Shown here: positions 1 to 9,405 of the stretch, one piece after another
Layout of the letters: the number at the start of each line of letters is the position of its first letter
Position numbering within the stretch: position 1 is the first letter of the stretch
Origin: Spirochaetia bacterium
Lineage (GTDB): Bacteria; Spirochaetota; Spirochaetia; SP-2023
Direction: 5' to 3'
DNA: 64,000 nt
Assembly (NCBI GenBank): GCA_965225855.1
Contig: CBDDCK010000005.1
Location: 1,376,001-1,440,000 of the forward strand
Notes under the pieces: model-generated
The model's database searches: none
Seen by the model: only the letters and a program-made list of their open reading frames with translations
What the model was told of the DNA's origin: nothing
Position numbers and translations under genes: made by a program

Positions 1-192
1 TTTTTGTTCCGTTGGCTCTTCAGTACGGCCTTCATCTTCAGGAGCAAACCAATGTAAGTGCATTTGGTTTAAATATCCAAACTTACGAAGATGATCCAAA
101 TTTTCTAAGCTTTCTTGAAATTCTGGTTGTGCCCCACTCTTTTTAAGAAAATTCTGCGTCAAATATTGGTCAAAATACCCTGAAAAATTCAT
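1..192 (-). CDS. flhB: Flagellar export protein FlhB, N-terminal part (runs off window start)
   Basis: Manual translation of the minus strand from ATG at 192 (ATGA overlap with the fliR stop) gives ...HLHWFAPEDEGRTEEPTEQK, the spirochaete FlhB N-terminal motif; follows fliR. Confidence 0.92.
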   Translation of the reverse strand, partial: MNFSGYFDQYLTQNFLKKSGAQPEFQESLENLDHLRKFGYLNQMHLHWFAPEDEGRTEEPTEQK

Positions 193-1019
193 CTACGCGC
201 TCCCGTACCACCAGTATTTCCAATCCCTCTTTCGGAATATAAATTACCTTCCAATAAGTAAAGTATATCTTGCAAACCGTAATCCAACAATTGGGCAATT
301 TGTTCAAGCAAAAATGGCATGATTAAAAATAATATTATAAAACCAACACTTGTCTGAATAGGGAAACCTAATACTAATAGATTCATCTGTGGCGCAGCTT
401 TAGTCATCAATCCCAAAGTTATCGAAACTACCATAATTGTTGCTACAATAGGCAGGGCAATAAATAAAGCTTGTTCCAATAAAAAGCTCATAGTATAAAT
501 CGCTACATTCATTAAATTCTGATTGTCAAGTAGCAATTCCTTGGCTGTAGGCAAAACGATAAAACCATCAGCTAGCACCCGTAGAAAAAAAGTTTGCAGC
601 GGGCCTACGCTTAAAAATACCAAAACAGCAATAATTTCCATATATTGAGACAATAAAGGCTGCTGTGATTCACCCACTGGGTCAAAAATTTGTGCTGCTG
701 AAAATGCCATTTGGACAGAAAAAAACTCGCCTGCTGTTTTAAAAATACCAAAAATCGCTTGAATCAATAAACCAATCAAAATTCCAATGAAAATTTCTGC
801 AAGTAAAGAAAAAACAAAATCGCCACCAGTAAGGCTTGGGCTTACTCGATAACGTTTTATCATCGGCATAATGGCCATAGCAATAAAAAAAATGAGCCCA
901 CCTCTTGCCATGGGCGGAATAGATTTTGTTGAGAAAAATGGCATGGTCAGCATCATTGCTGTTATTCGGCCAAAAATTAAAAAATAAATCTGTAATTGTG
1001 TTTCAAAATACATTAACAA
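189..1019 (-). CDS. fliR: Flagellar export protein FliR
   Basis: Hydrophobic 276 aa; AGEFFSVQMAFSAAQIFDP and KAAPQMNLLVLGFP motifs; alternative ATG start at 1013. Confidence 0.95.
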   Translation of the reverse strand: MLMYFETQLQIYFLIFGRITAMMLTMPFFSTKSIPPMARGGLIFFIAMAIMPMIKRYRVSPSLTGGDFVFSLLAEIFIGILIGLLIQAIFGIFKTAGEFFSVQMAFSAAQIFDPVGESQQPLLSQYMEIIAVLVFLSVGPLQTFFLRVLADGFIVLPTAKELLLDNQNLMNVAIYTMSFLLEQALFIALPIVATIMVVSITLGLMTKAAPQMNLLVLGFPIQTSVGFIILFLIMPFLLEQIAQLLDYGLQDILYLLEGNLYSERGIGNTGGTGARR

Positions 1020-1488
1020 TCTTCACTGTATTTTTTGATAAACGAGAGTAAACATGATTTTTTGGAATCTTAGAATTTCAGTAAGCACTTTAATACCAAA
1101 AATTGCATTATTTTAGCGAGAACGGAATAATCAATGAATGGCATTATTAATCAATAGTTTTCAGCGTTTTTATAAGTTTGAGTTTTACAGATCAAATAAC
1201 GGTAAAAAACCCCAGATAACAACTTAAACTATTTGAAAAAGAAACAGCTTAAGTTTTTGATATTCTGCACGAAAAATAAACTGCGTTGAGTAAGTAAACT
1301 TATCCCTATCGCAATTTAGTCAAAAAAGAAAAAAAATTCTAATCTAGTTATTTTATCATGTTTTCTAGCTTGAAAAAAATAGCTGGAAACTCCATATTCT
1401 TGGGAACAGTCTGAATAAGTTGTCTTTTGAATATTGGGCTAAAATTTAGAATAAAAAAACGGAAGCTAAGTAAACATCGAGGAATGCT

Positions 1489-2040
1489 ATGGCAGATGAC
1501 GTAATGGAAAAAGGTGCTGAAGATAATGGCGGGAATTTTAGCGCCAAGAAGGCTAGAAAAAATAGAGGCGATGTGATTGTCAAAATACTGGTTTATATAG
1601 CTGTATTTTTGTTTTTTTTAATCACGATGGTTGTTGTTTCTTTTTTTACTAATCGAGTGCTAGATAGTGGAAATCGTAATGGACAGTTGACACAGATTTC
1701 TAGTGAATTTGTCGTTAGTAATCCTATCTATACATATTACGACCAAATACCGGATATACGTACACGTTCTGCTGATGCCTCTCCGCGTTCCGTTACAGTA
1801 AAAATTGAACTCGGTTATGATGGCGAAGCTTATCTTAATTTGAGTGAAGAACTTACCCGGCGTAAACCACAGTTGACAGATTTTTTTCGTAAATATTTTT
1901 CTACTCGTACAGCAAGAGACCTTAGTAGCAGCAATGAAGATCGCATTAAAGAATCCATTAAAATAAGAATCAATGAGCTATTGCAAAATGGCAAAATTGA
2001 AGAAGTCGTCTTTACGGACTTCCAAGTGTTGGACTTCTAA
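1489..2040 (+). CDS. fliL: Flagellar basal body-associated protein FliL
   Basis: Single N-terminal TM helix, C-terminal INELLQNGKIEEVVFTDF, directly upstream of fliM; GGAG SD. Confidence 0.9.
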   Translation: MADDVMEKGAEDNGGNFSAKKARKNRGDVIVKILVYIAVFLFFLITMVVVSFFTNRVLDSGNRNGQLTQISSEFVVSNPIYTYYDQIPDIRTRSADASPRSVTVKIELGYDGEAYLNLSEELTRRKPQLTDFFRKYFSTRTARDLSSSNEDRIKESIKIRINELLQNGKIEEVVFTDFQVLDF

Positions 2041-2088
2041 ATAATGTTCAATTATTGGGAGACACGAAGGTAGAGCGAGGATAGCAGT

Positions 2089-3150
2089 ATGACAGAAGCA
2101 CTCTCCCAAGACGAAATAGATGAATTGCTGAACTCCATCTCAAATGGAGAAGATGTTTCGACGGATGTGGCCTCATCAGATAATGGCGGGCTTATAGGGC
2201 TTAAGCCTAAACGCCGTAAACGAGTTCGGCTTTACGACTTTAAACGGCCCAGTAAATTTTCTAAGGAGCAGATGCGTACTGTATCGATGATGCATGAAAC
2301 GTTTGCTCGTTTGACAACAACATCTTTATCAGCGCAACTGCGCTCGATTGTCAATGTTCACGTTGCAGCGGTAGATGAATTGACCTATGACGAATTCATT
2401 CGTTCTTTGTCCAGTACAACCACTTTGGCAGTTGTCCGAATGGACCCTTTGAAAGGTTCTGCAATATTAGAAATTGACCCATCGGTAACGTTTGCCATTT
2501 TAGATCGCCTTTTAGGTGGGCCCGGAAAGACTTTGGCTCGAACACGAGAGCTTTCTGATATTGAGATTTCTATATCGGAAATGATTATAGTACGTATTCT
2601 AAGTAATTTACGTGAATCGTGGAGCCAGCTGATTGATTTGCGTCCACGTTTAAGTCATATAGAAACCAATCCTCAATTCGTACAAATCGTGGCACCAGGC
2701 GAGATGGTCTTGCTCATTACCTTGGAAGCAGCCATTGAGAAAACCGAAGGTATCATTAATTTTTGCATCCCTTATATGACGTTAGAACCAATTATTAGTA
2801 AGCTTTCATCGCAATTCTGGTATGCATCACACAACCGGCAAACTTCGCCCGAGAATTTGGCTCAAGTGGAAGAACGTTTGAGCAAAGTTGAATTATCCTT
2901 AGTTGCAGAAGTAGGAAGGGCTAGTTTATTTTTGCGTGATCTTATGAACTTACAAATAGGCGATATTATCCAGCTGGATGCCCAAGCAAAAAGTCCCGTA
3001 GTACTTCATATTGACAATAAAGCTAAATTTGATTGTCGCGTTGGTGTGCTAGAGAGCAAACGAATTGGGGTACAGGTAATTAGTAAAACTGAAGATGTTT
3101 ATGAAATTGATGTAGATGATTTGATTATTGGTGGAGGTGATGCAATTTAA
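2089..3150 (+). CDS. fliM: Flagellar motor switch protein FliM
   Basis: LSQDEIDELL CheY-binding motif, YDFKRPSKFSKEQMR, ETNPQFVQIV. Confidence 0.97.
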   Translation: MTEALSQDEIDELLNSISNGEDVSTDVASSDNGGLIGLKPKRRKRVRLYDFKRPSKFSKEQMRTVSMMHETFARLTTTSLSAQLRSIVNVHVAAVDELTYDEFIRSLSSTTTLAVVRMDPLKGSAILEIDPSVTFAILDRLLGGPGKTLARTRELSDIEISISEMIIVRILSNLRESWSQLIDLRPRLSHIETNPQFVQIVAPGEMVLLITLEAAIEKTEGIINFCIPYMTLEPIISKLSSQFWYASHNRQTSPENLAQVEERLSKVELSLVAEVGRASLFLRDLMNLQIGDIIQLDAQAKSPVVLHIDNKAKFDCRVGVLESKRIGVQVISKTEDVYEIDVDDLIIGGGDAI

Positions 3151-3152
3151 TT

Positions 3153-4121
3153 ATGAGTGATAATCTGAGTGAAGATGAGATAAATGCTCTTTTAACCCCA
3201 GAGAGCGATAAATTGACTTCTTTGTTAGAAGACTTTCTTCGTGTAAATCGAAGAACCATATCGAGTTTTGCGGAAGCTTTAAGTGAATTAGTAGGTAAGC
3301 AATGTAGCGTCAGTGATCCCCAAGTGTTGCTAACATCTCTTACTGAAGCTTTAGGCCATTTAGCAGATGAAGTCGTTGATGTCCAGATTAATTTTCGTAG
3401 TGCTTATAGTGGTTTTCATAGTTACTATTTGAATAAATCAGAGGCCTTGCTTTTAGCTCAACCAATGATGGGGGTTGAAAGCGAAGAGCTTGATGCTACC
3501 GCATTAACAGCAATTGGTGAATGTTTTTCCAAAGCGATTGACTCCCAACTATCTGCTATTGAAAAGGAATTTGGAAAAAGTCCCTCTTTAGGCGACCCAG
3601 ATGTACAGATTGTTCAGAAAGATTCTTTATTACTAACAAAACCAGTTCTTACGCTCTTGTATGACATAAATTTTAATGGAGAAAAAGCTCTTTCTGTTGT
3701 TGAAGTTATTAATCAAGACCTTGCAGAAAGCATTGGTAAACTCTTGCATCATGAGGAAACTGTGAAAAATTTTAATGCGAAAAGAGCTAATGAGGCACCA
3801 AAAGTAGAAGGTGTTAGTTTCCCCAGTTTTCGGTTAACGCAAATTGGGCCCCAAGAAGAACAGAATCTTGGGCTACTGATGGACGTTCCGGTTACTCTTG
3901 CTGTGGAGCTAGGGCGTACCAAATGGCAATTACGTGATGTACTGACAATAGGTGAAGGTAGTATTATCGAACTTGAGAAACAAGCTGGTGAGCCTGTAGA
4001 TGTATTAGTAAATAATAATTTAATCGCTCGTGGTGAAGTTGTCGTAGTCGATGAGAACTTTTCCGTGCGTATCACAGAAATTATTACAACCTTTGAACAG
4101 ATGATGCAAAAAGGTATGTAA
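3153..4121 (+). CDS. fliY: Flagellar motor switch protein FliY/FliN (CheC-like middle domain plus FliN domain)
   Basis: N-terminal LSEDEINALL; C-terminal LLMDVPVTLAVELGRT...GEVVVVDENFSVRIT; 322 aa. Confidence 0.9.
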   Translation: MSDNLSEDEINALLTPESDKLTSLLEDFLRVNRRTISSFAEALSELVGKQCSVSDPQVLLTSLTEALGHLADEVVDVQINFRSAYSGFHSYYLNKSEALLLAQPMMGVESEELDATALTAIGECFSKAIDSQLSAIEKEFGKSPSLGDPDVQIVQKDSLLLTKPVLTLLYDINFNGEKALSVVEVINQDLAESIGKLLHHEETVKNFNAKRANEAPKVEGVSFPSFRLTQIGPQEEQNLGLLMDVPVTLAVELGRTKWQLRDVLTIGEGSIIELEKQAGEPVDVLVNNNLIARGEVVVVDENFSVRITEIITTFEQMMQKGM

Positions 4122-4212
4122 AATACTAACTGAATTAAAAATAGAGTCTGTATAAACAGTGATTGTTTTTCTCCGCTTCTATTTTTACTTACCTTTTCGT
4201 ATGCTTTGTTTG

Positions 4213-4983
4213 ATGAAATCTATTAAAACATGGTTACAGGTTTTCTTAATTTTGTTCTGCTTGTCTTTTTTGGTTGTATTGCCAGCACAGCAAAATCCTT
4301 TGATTTCAGATGAATCAGAAATTTCTGTCAACCTAAATTCACAAGAGACAAATAATTCAGAAGAAAATACTTCAACAGCTTCTATCATTAAGCGATCAGA
4401 AGGCAATTTTGTATCTGGCTACTTGTATCTTCGGGTTTTTATGATACTCGGCTTTCTAATTGTACTTATTTATTTTACATTGAAGTTTTTGCGCCGTGTA
4501 TCCTTGCAAAATCCCCAGCTAAAAGGCATTGGAAATGGTATAAAAATATTGGCCAGCCAAGTACTTCACGGCGATCAAATAATTCATGTTGTGGAAGTAG
4601 GCGAAGAATGCTACTTGCTCGGCTCTAGTCCCGGTGGCATCCAATTACTCGATCACTATAAAGATAAAGAAATTAAAGACAAAATATTATTAGAAGTAAC
4701 TCAGAAAACTGAAATTTTCCAAAAAGCTGGTTCTGCTTTGGATTTTTTACAACTGATTCGCAATCGGCTTGGTGGCTTTAATAATGTTGATCATACCAAA
4801 GAACAAGTTATCCGAAAATCTGAAACTAATTCTCAAATAAATACAGCAACCAAAATAGATGATACTGAAAATAATTCATCTACTGTAGCACAAGAATTTT
4901 CTGCACCTTTGGTACATACGGGCGAATATCGCAAACGTCTGCGTTCAGCAGCTGAAGTATTGAAAGAAAAGGAAAAAAGTTAA
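4213..4983 (+). CDS. fliO: Flagellar biosynthesis protein FliO/FliZ (spirochaete type)
   Basis: Between fliY and fliP; TM helix followed by IKILASQVLHGDQIIHVVEVGEECYLLGSS; start uncertain (4159/4201/4213). Confidence 0.85.
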   Translation: MKSIKTWLQVFLILFCLSFLVVLPAQQNPLISDESEISVNLNSQETNNSEENTSTASIIKRSEGNFVSGYLYLRVFMILGFLIVLIYFTLKFLRRVSLQNPQLKGIGNGIKILASQVLHGDQIIHVVEVGEECYLLGSSPGGIQLLDHYKDKEIKDKILLEVTQKTEIFQKAGSALDFLQLIRNRLGGFNNVDHTKEQVIRKSETNSQINTATKIDDTENNSSTVAQEFSAPLVHTGEYRKRLRSAAEVLKEKEKS

Positions 4984-5942
4984 TGGCTTCTTTTCAATTA
5001 CCTTTGGAGCAAGAAATTGAACGGCGAATGTGGTATGAATGGCAAGTAAAATTATTCCGCTTAGCTCTTGTCATCGCGTCAATATTTTTCGTTTTAGATT
5101 CTCTTGAACGGCCTTTGGGTGCCCAACTTAGTGAAGCCCAAAGAGGTACAACCACCGGAGATGGCCTGGGCGATCAAGCTCCGGGAGAAATTGAGCGGCA
5201 ACCAAACAATGGCAATGTAGGCCCTTTACTGCAGCTGCCCGATGTTCCCTATATTGATCTCAATATTCGGCAACCACAAACTAACCGTGAAGTGGCACTG
5301 TCTTTACAATTACTCCTACTGCTGACCGTTATTACTTTGGCACCAACTTTTGCTGTGCTATTAACTTCTTTCTTGCGTATTTCTATTGTGCTTGATTTTA
5401 TCCGCCGGGCGATGGCTTTACAACAAGCACCGCCGACTAACGTTATTATGGGTATTGCTTTATTTATAACAGCCTTTGTTATGTGGCCGGTATTGTCTTT
5501 AATTTACAACAATGCTTTTGTGCCTTTCAGTGATGGCCAAATTGATTTGCAAGAATTATATTTGCGCACTCGTTCACCTTTAAAGCAGTTTATGTTCCAG
5601 CAGCTAGCAGGTGATACCCGTTCCCTAGAATTATTTTTAGAAACTTCCCGTTTACCACAACCTAAAACCTTGGCAGAAATACCACTGCAAGTATTAGTCC
5701 CTTCCTATGTTTTACATGAATTAACAGTTGCTTTCCGTATAGGTATTTTAATATATATTCCTTTTATCATTATAGATATGGTTGTATCAGCAGTACTTAT
5801 GTCTATGGGTATGATAATGTTGCCACCGGTGATGATTTCTACTCCCTTCAAATTGTTACTATTTGTAATGGTCGATGGTTGGAACCTTATCTCTCGCCAA
5901 TTGATTTTATCAATACAGCAAAATATGGCAGGTTTTAATTAA
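4983..5942 (+). CDS. fliP: Flagellar export protein FliP
   Basis: TSFLRISIVL...QQAPP, SMGMIMLPPVMISTPFKLLLFVMVDGW; long N-terminal extension. Confidence 0.97.
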   Translation: MASFQLPLEQEIERRMWYEWQVKLFRLALVIASIFFVLDSLERPLGAQLSEAQRGTTTGDGLGDQAPGEIERQPNNGNVGPLLQLPDVPYIDLNIRQPQTNREVALSLQLLLLLTVITLAPTFAVLLTSFLRISIVLDFIRRAMALQQAPPTNVIMGIALFITAFVMWPVLSLIYNNAFVPFSDGQIDLQELYLRTRSPLKQFMFQQLAGDTRSLELFLETSRLPQPKTLAEIPLQVLVPSYVLHELTVAFRIGILIYIPFIIIDMVVSAVLMSMGMIMLPPVMISTPFKLLLFVMVDGWNLISRQLILSIQQNMAGFN

Positions 5943-6217
5943 TGGAAACGGCTTTGATTACCCAAATTTTGCAGGGGGGAATTCTACAAGTATTGTTAAT
6001 AGCAAGCCCCATTCTTTTAGTAGCCGTTTTGATCGGTTTGCTAATTTCAATTTTTCAGGCTACAACTTCGATTCAAGACCAAACACTGACATTTGTACCT
6101 AAAATTTTGGCAGTGCTTGTCGTTTTTGCTTTACTGGGAAATTGGATGCTAACGACTCTTGCTAACTATACAATTAATTTGATGGCAATGATTTCACAGA
6201 TAGCTAATATCAACTAG
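5942..6217 (+). CDS. fliQ: Flagellar export protein FliQ
   Basis: IFQATTSIQDQTLTFVPK motif, 91 aa. Confidence 0.97.
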   Translation: METALITQILQGGILQVLLIASPILLVAVLIGLLISIFQATTSIQDQTLTFVPKILAVLVVFALLGNWMLTTLANYTINLMAMISQIANIN

Positions 6218-6236
6218 TGTTTTTCAATTGATTAGC

Positions 6237-6280
6237 ATAAAAACAGGGGCCCTATATTTTAACTGGGCTCCTGTTTTTAT
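6237..6280. terminator. Bidirectional intrinsic terminator between convergent fliQ and tkt
   Basis: ATAAAAACAGGGGCCC-loop-GGGCTCCTGTTTTTAT hairpin. Confidence 0.8.
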
Positions 6281-6287
6281 AGAGTTT

Positions 6288-8324
6288 TTATTTACTCAAT
6301 AAAATTTTTACCTTTTTACATACATTTTCAGCAGTGTAACCCAATTCTTTATCGAGTACACTAGCCGGTGCTGAAAAGCCAAAACTGGAAAGACCCCAAA
6401 CTTTACCATTTTCGCCAACCAAACCCTGTAAAGTTACAGGCAAGCCAGCAGTCAAACCAAAACGCTTCACCCCCGCAGGCAAAACACTAGCCTTGTAGGC
6501 CTCATCTTGCAAGCGGAACAAACCTTCCGAAGGAACAGAAACAACTTGGGCTTTAATACCTTCTTTTATCAATAATTCTGCGCCGGCCACCAAAGTAGAA
6601 ACTTCAGAACCAGAAGCCAACAACAATACATCGGGGGTTGTTTCCTTGACGACAATATAAGCACCTTGGCTCGCAGCCAAAGCTTCCTGATAGCGATCAG
6701 AACTTGCCGGCAAACTTTTAATATCTTGACGTGAAAGAACCAAAGCAGTTGGAGTAGACTTATTTTCCAGAGCCATTTTCCAAGATACCACCGTTTCATG
6801 GGCATCTGCTGGACGAAGTACTAAAACAGAATTTTTATGATTATGATTTTGTAAATGCTCCATCAAACGCAGCTGAGCTTCATGCTCAACAGGTTGATGG
6901 GTCGGACCATCTTCCCCAACACGAAAAGCATCATGTGTCCAAATAAACACAACTTGTAATTCCATCAACGCACAAGTGCGCAGTACCGGTTTCATATAAT
7001 CGGAAAAGACAAAAAAAGTACCACAAGCAGGAATTACTCCACCGTGTAGAGCCATACCCGCAGCAATCGCAGCCATGGTCAATTCGGATACTCCTGCCTG
7101 GAGAAACGCACCGGAAAAATCACCCTTGACGAAAGGCTTAGAATTTTTCAAAAAGCCATCGGTCTTATCGCTATCGGATAAATCAGCCGAAGCGACAATT
7201 AAGTTTTCCACATTGTTAGCCAATTCAGCCAAGGTGGCACCAGAAGCCGCGCGAGTGGCCACGTTTTCTTTTACAGGTATTTGAGAAAAGTCAAAAGTTT
7301 CAGGCAGCATACGATCAAAAAATAAGTCCCACTTGGTAGCCAATTCAGGATTCGTTTTGCGCCAATTTTGTTCCGCTTCCAACCGTTTTTTTATTTCGCT
7401 GCGTTTTTTATTCAGACAATCATCATAATATTGTTGAACATCGGCAAAAATCTGGAACGGCTTAGAAGGGTCTCCACCCAAATTTTCAACGGTTTTTGCC
7501 ATTGAAGCACCAGCTTTCGATAACGGCTGACCGTGAATTGTGTGGCGGCCTTCAAAAGGCTTGCCATCTGCATCGAGGGCACCTTGCCCCATAATGGTTT
7601 TACCGATAATTAAAGTCGGACGGGATTTTTCAGCTTGAGCATCTCGTAAGGCTTTGCGAATTTGTTCTGGATCGTTGCCTTTCATTTCGATTACGTTCCA
7701 ATTCCAAGCGCGGTATTTTGCTGCAGTATCTTCACTGCTAACTACACCGGTAGCTGTGGAAAGCTGAATGTCGTTCGAGTCATAGAACAAAATCAAATTA
7801 TCCAGGCCTAAATGACCGGCAATACGCCCAGCCCCTTGAGAAATTTCTTCTTGTATTCCGCCATCGGAAATAAAAGAATAAATATTATGCCCCATCCAAG
7901 CATTATTTTGGTCAAAACGATTGCGCAAAAATTTCTCGGTAATGGCAGCACCAACGGCAAAAACATGGCCTTGGCCCAAGGGCCCAGAAGTATTTTCAAT
8001 ACCCCGCGCAAAATCTTTTTCGGGGTGGCCGGGGGTTGGGCTCTGCCACTGGCGAAATTGTTCTAACTCACTAATTTTAAAGGCTCCAATCAAAGTCAAT
8101 TGAGAATAGAGCATGGCAGACATATGTCCCGGATCGAGAAAAAAACGATCTCGGTTGCGCCAAGCTAGGTTGTCAGGGTCAAAGCATAGAAATTCGGAAT
8201 ACAGAATATTGATAAACTCTGCACCGCCCATTGCACCGCCGGGGTGGCCAGATTTAGCCTTTTCGACCATAGCCGCACTTAAAATGCGGATATTATTTGC
8301 AGCTTTTCGTGAAATATCACTCAT
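6288..8324 (-). CDS. tkt: Transketolase
   Basis: SGHPGG, TSGPLGQG, SDGGIQE, THDAFRVGEDGPTHQPVEH motifs; 678 aa. Confidence 0.97.
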   Translation of the reverse strand: MSDISRKAANNIRILSAAMVEKAKSGHPGGAMGGAEFINILYSEFLCFDPDNLAWRNRDRFFLDPGHMSAMLYSQLTLIGAFKISELEQFRQWQSPTPGHPEKDFARGIENTSGPLGQGHVFAVGAAITEKFLRNRFDQNNAWMGHNIYSFISDGGIQEEISQGAGRIAGHLGLDNLILFYDSNDIQLSTATGVVSSEDTAAKYRAWNWNVIEMKGNDPEQIRKALRDAQAEKSRPTLIIGKTIMGQGALDADGKPFEGRHTIHGQPLSKAGASMAKTVENLGGDPSKPFQIFADVQQYYDDCLNKKRSEIKKRLEAEQNWRKTNPELATKWDLFFDRMLPETFDFSQIPVKENVATRAASGATLAELANNVENLIVASADLSDSDKTDGFLKNSKPFVKGDFSGAFLQAGVSELTMAAIAAGMALHGGVIPACGTFFVFSDYMKPVLRTCALMELQVVFIWTHDAFRVGEDGPTHQPVEHEAQLRLMEHLQNHNHKNSVLVLRPADAHETVVSWKMALENKSTPTALVLSRQDIKSLPASSDRYQEALAASQGAYIVVKETTPDVLLLASGSEVSTLVAGAELLIKEGIKAQVVSVPSEGLFRLQDEAYKASVLPAGVKRFGLTAGLPVTLQGLVGENGKVWGLSSFGFSAPASVLDKELGYTAENVCKKVKILLSK

Positions 8325-8491
8325 TAAGCCTCCTAAAATTATTTATATTAAGGTTTTATATCATAGCCCTTTAAGTAAGTTTGATTGGACTATATCAATT
8401 ATAAGCAATGGGAAAATTACTTATAATAGTATGCTTTTATGATTATGCCAAGGCTTTAAAAAATATTTGAAACGCAAACTTAATTTCAATA

Positions 8492-8686
8492 CTAACAACA
8501 GGGAACTACATGAACGATCACCCCAGGCGGATATTTATGGCAAGGACATGTACACTTGCCACCCCCACGCGCTATACCAGGCGGATTGGCCACAATATCT
8601 TTTAGTTTACCGTGCTTGGTTTTCCCTGTAAGGAGCTTTCCCAAAATATCTTCTTTCATACCAGCCAACTTTACCGAAGTAGGCAT
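8492..8686 (-). CDS. Small Cys/His-rich hypothetical protein, or 3' remnant of a larger gene
   Basis: Ends GGGKCTCPCHKYPPGVIVHVVPCC; the frame stays open 22 codons upstream of the ATG (to about 8752). Confidence 0.45.
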   Translation of the reverse strand: MPTSVKLAGMKEDILGKLLTGKTKHGKLKDIVANPPGIARGGGKCTCPCHKYPPGVIVHVVPCC

Positions 8687-8766
8687 TTGATGTCTTCCAC
8701 TTTTGTTTACTTTACTGGTATATTCTTTCTTTTGCTTTTTGTAATTTAAGGACTTAATGTTATAAA

Positions 8767-9219
8767 CTAGCCACCCAGCTGAAACGCTTTACCAGATTTC
8801 CTATGCGCTCTAAATTTTTGTACTGAATTAAACGCAAGCGATAGTCCCATCGTATTGGCAATAGTATTTAGACCCTGTGTTATGTCTTCACCTCTCTGCA
8901 GAGCTTCATTAATTTGATTAAACCCAAGCGTAAAGTTTCTTTCTTTTTCTTCAAAGAAATGATTTAAAATTTGCTCCATATTGTGGCGGTGCTCTCTTTC
9001 CTGTGCAATGAGCTTTTCACAATATTGTTGGATAAACTGCCTTTGTTGGTTAGAAACTTTAGTTTGTGCCATTACCTGCTGCAACTGACCAAACATAGAA
9101 TTTACTACTACCGAAGATAACATGCCGCCAATTACCCCACCAACTACCGTACCCAACTCGGGAAATATAGCGGTACCAATGGTAGCTCCCACACCGGCCC
9201 CATAGGTAGAAGAAGCCAA
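8767..9219 (-). pseudogene. Probable 5'-truncated glycine-zipper/helical protein
   Basis: Begins abruptly (TTG, no SD) in a GxxxG repeat GAGVGATIGTAIFPELGTVVGGVIGG followed by a helical Q/E-rich region. Confidence 0.55.
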
Positions 9220-9323
9220 ATTTCGGTAAAATTGTTGTAAGAGTGGGTATTTATAGGGATTACAGAGGAGAGGTAAAGCTGATGCAGGACGTGATAACTC
9301 GATTTTTTTCTACTTTCCAGAAT

Positions 9324-9369
9324 GGCTATAATTGGTAAAAGCAGCCTTGATAAAAAACTTACCAAGGCT
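9324..9369. repeat. 46-bp hairpin-containing repeat downstream of lipoprotein paralog 1, identical to 15893-15938
   Basis: GGCTATAATTGGTAAAAGCAGCCTTGATAAAAAACTTACCAAGGCT at both sites; AGCCTTG/CAAGGCT stem. Confidence 0.9.
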
Positions 9370-9405
9370 GCAATTGGCTAATGCAAGCGTTGCAACAACC
9401 AAACC

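Noticed and set aside
1020..6287. Recombinase-switchable flagellar invertible segment
   Set aside because: No matching inverted repeats found at the two ends and no recombinase nearby; treated as a fixed rearrangement
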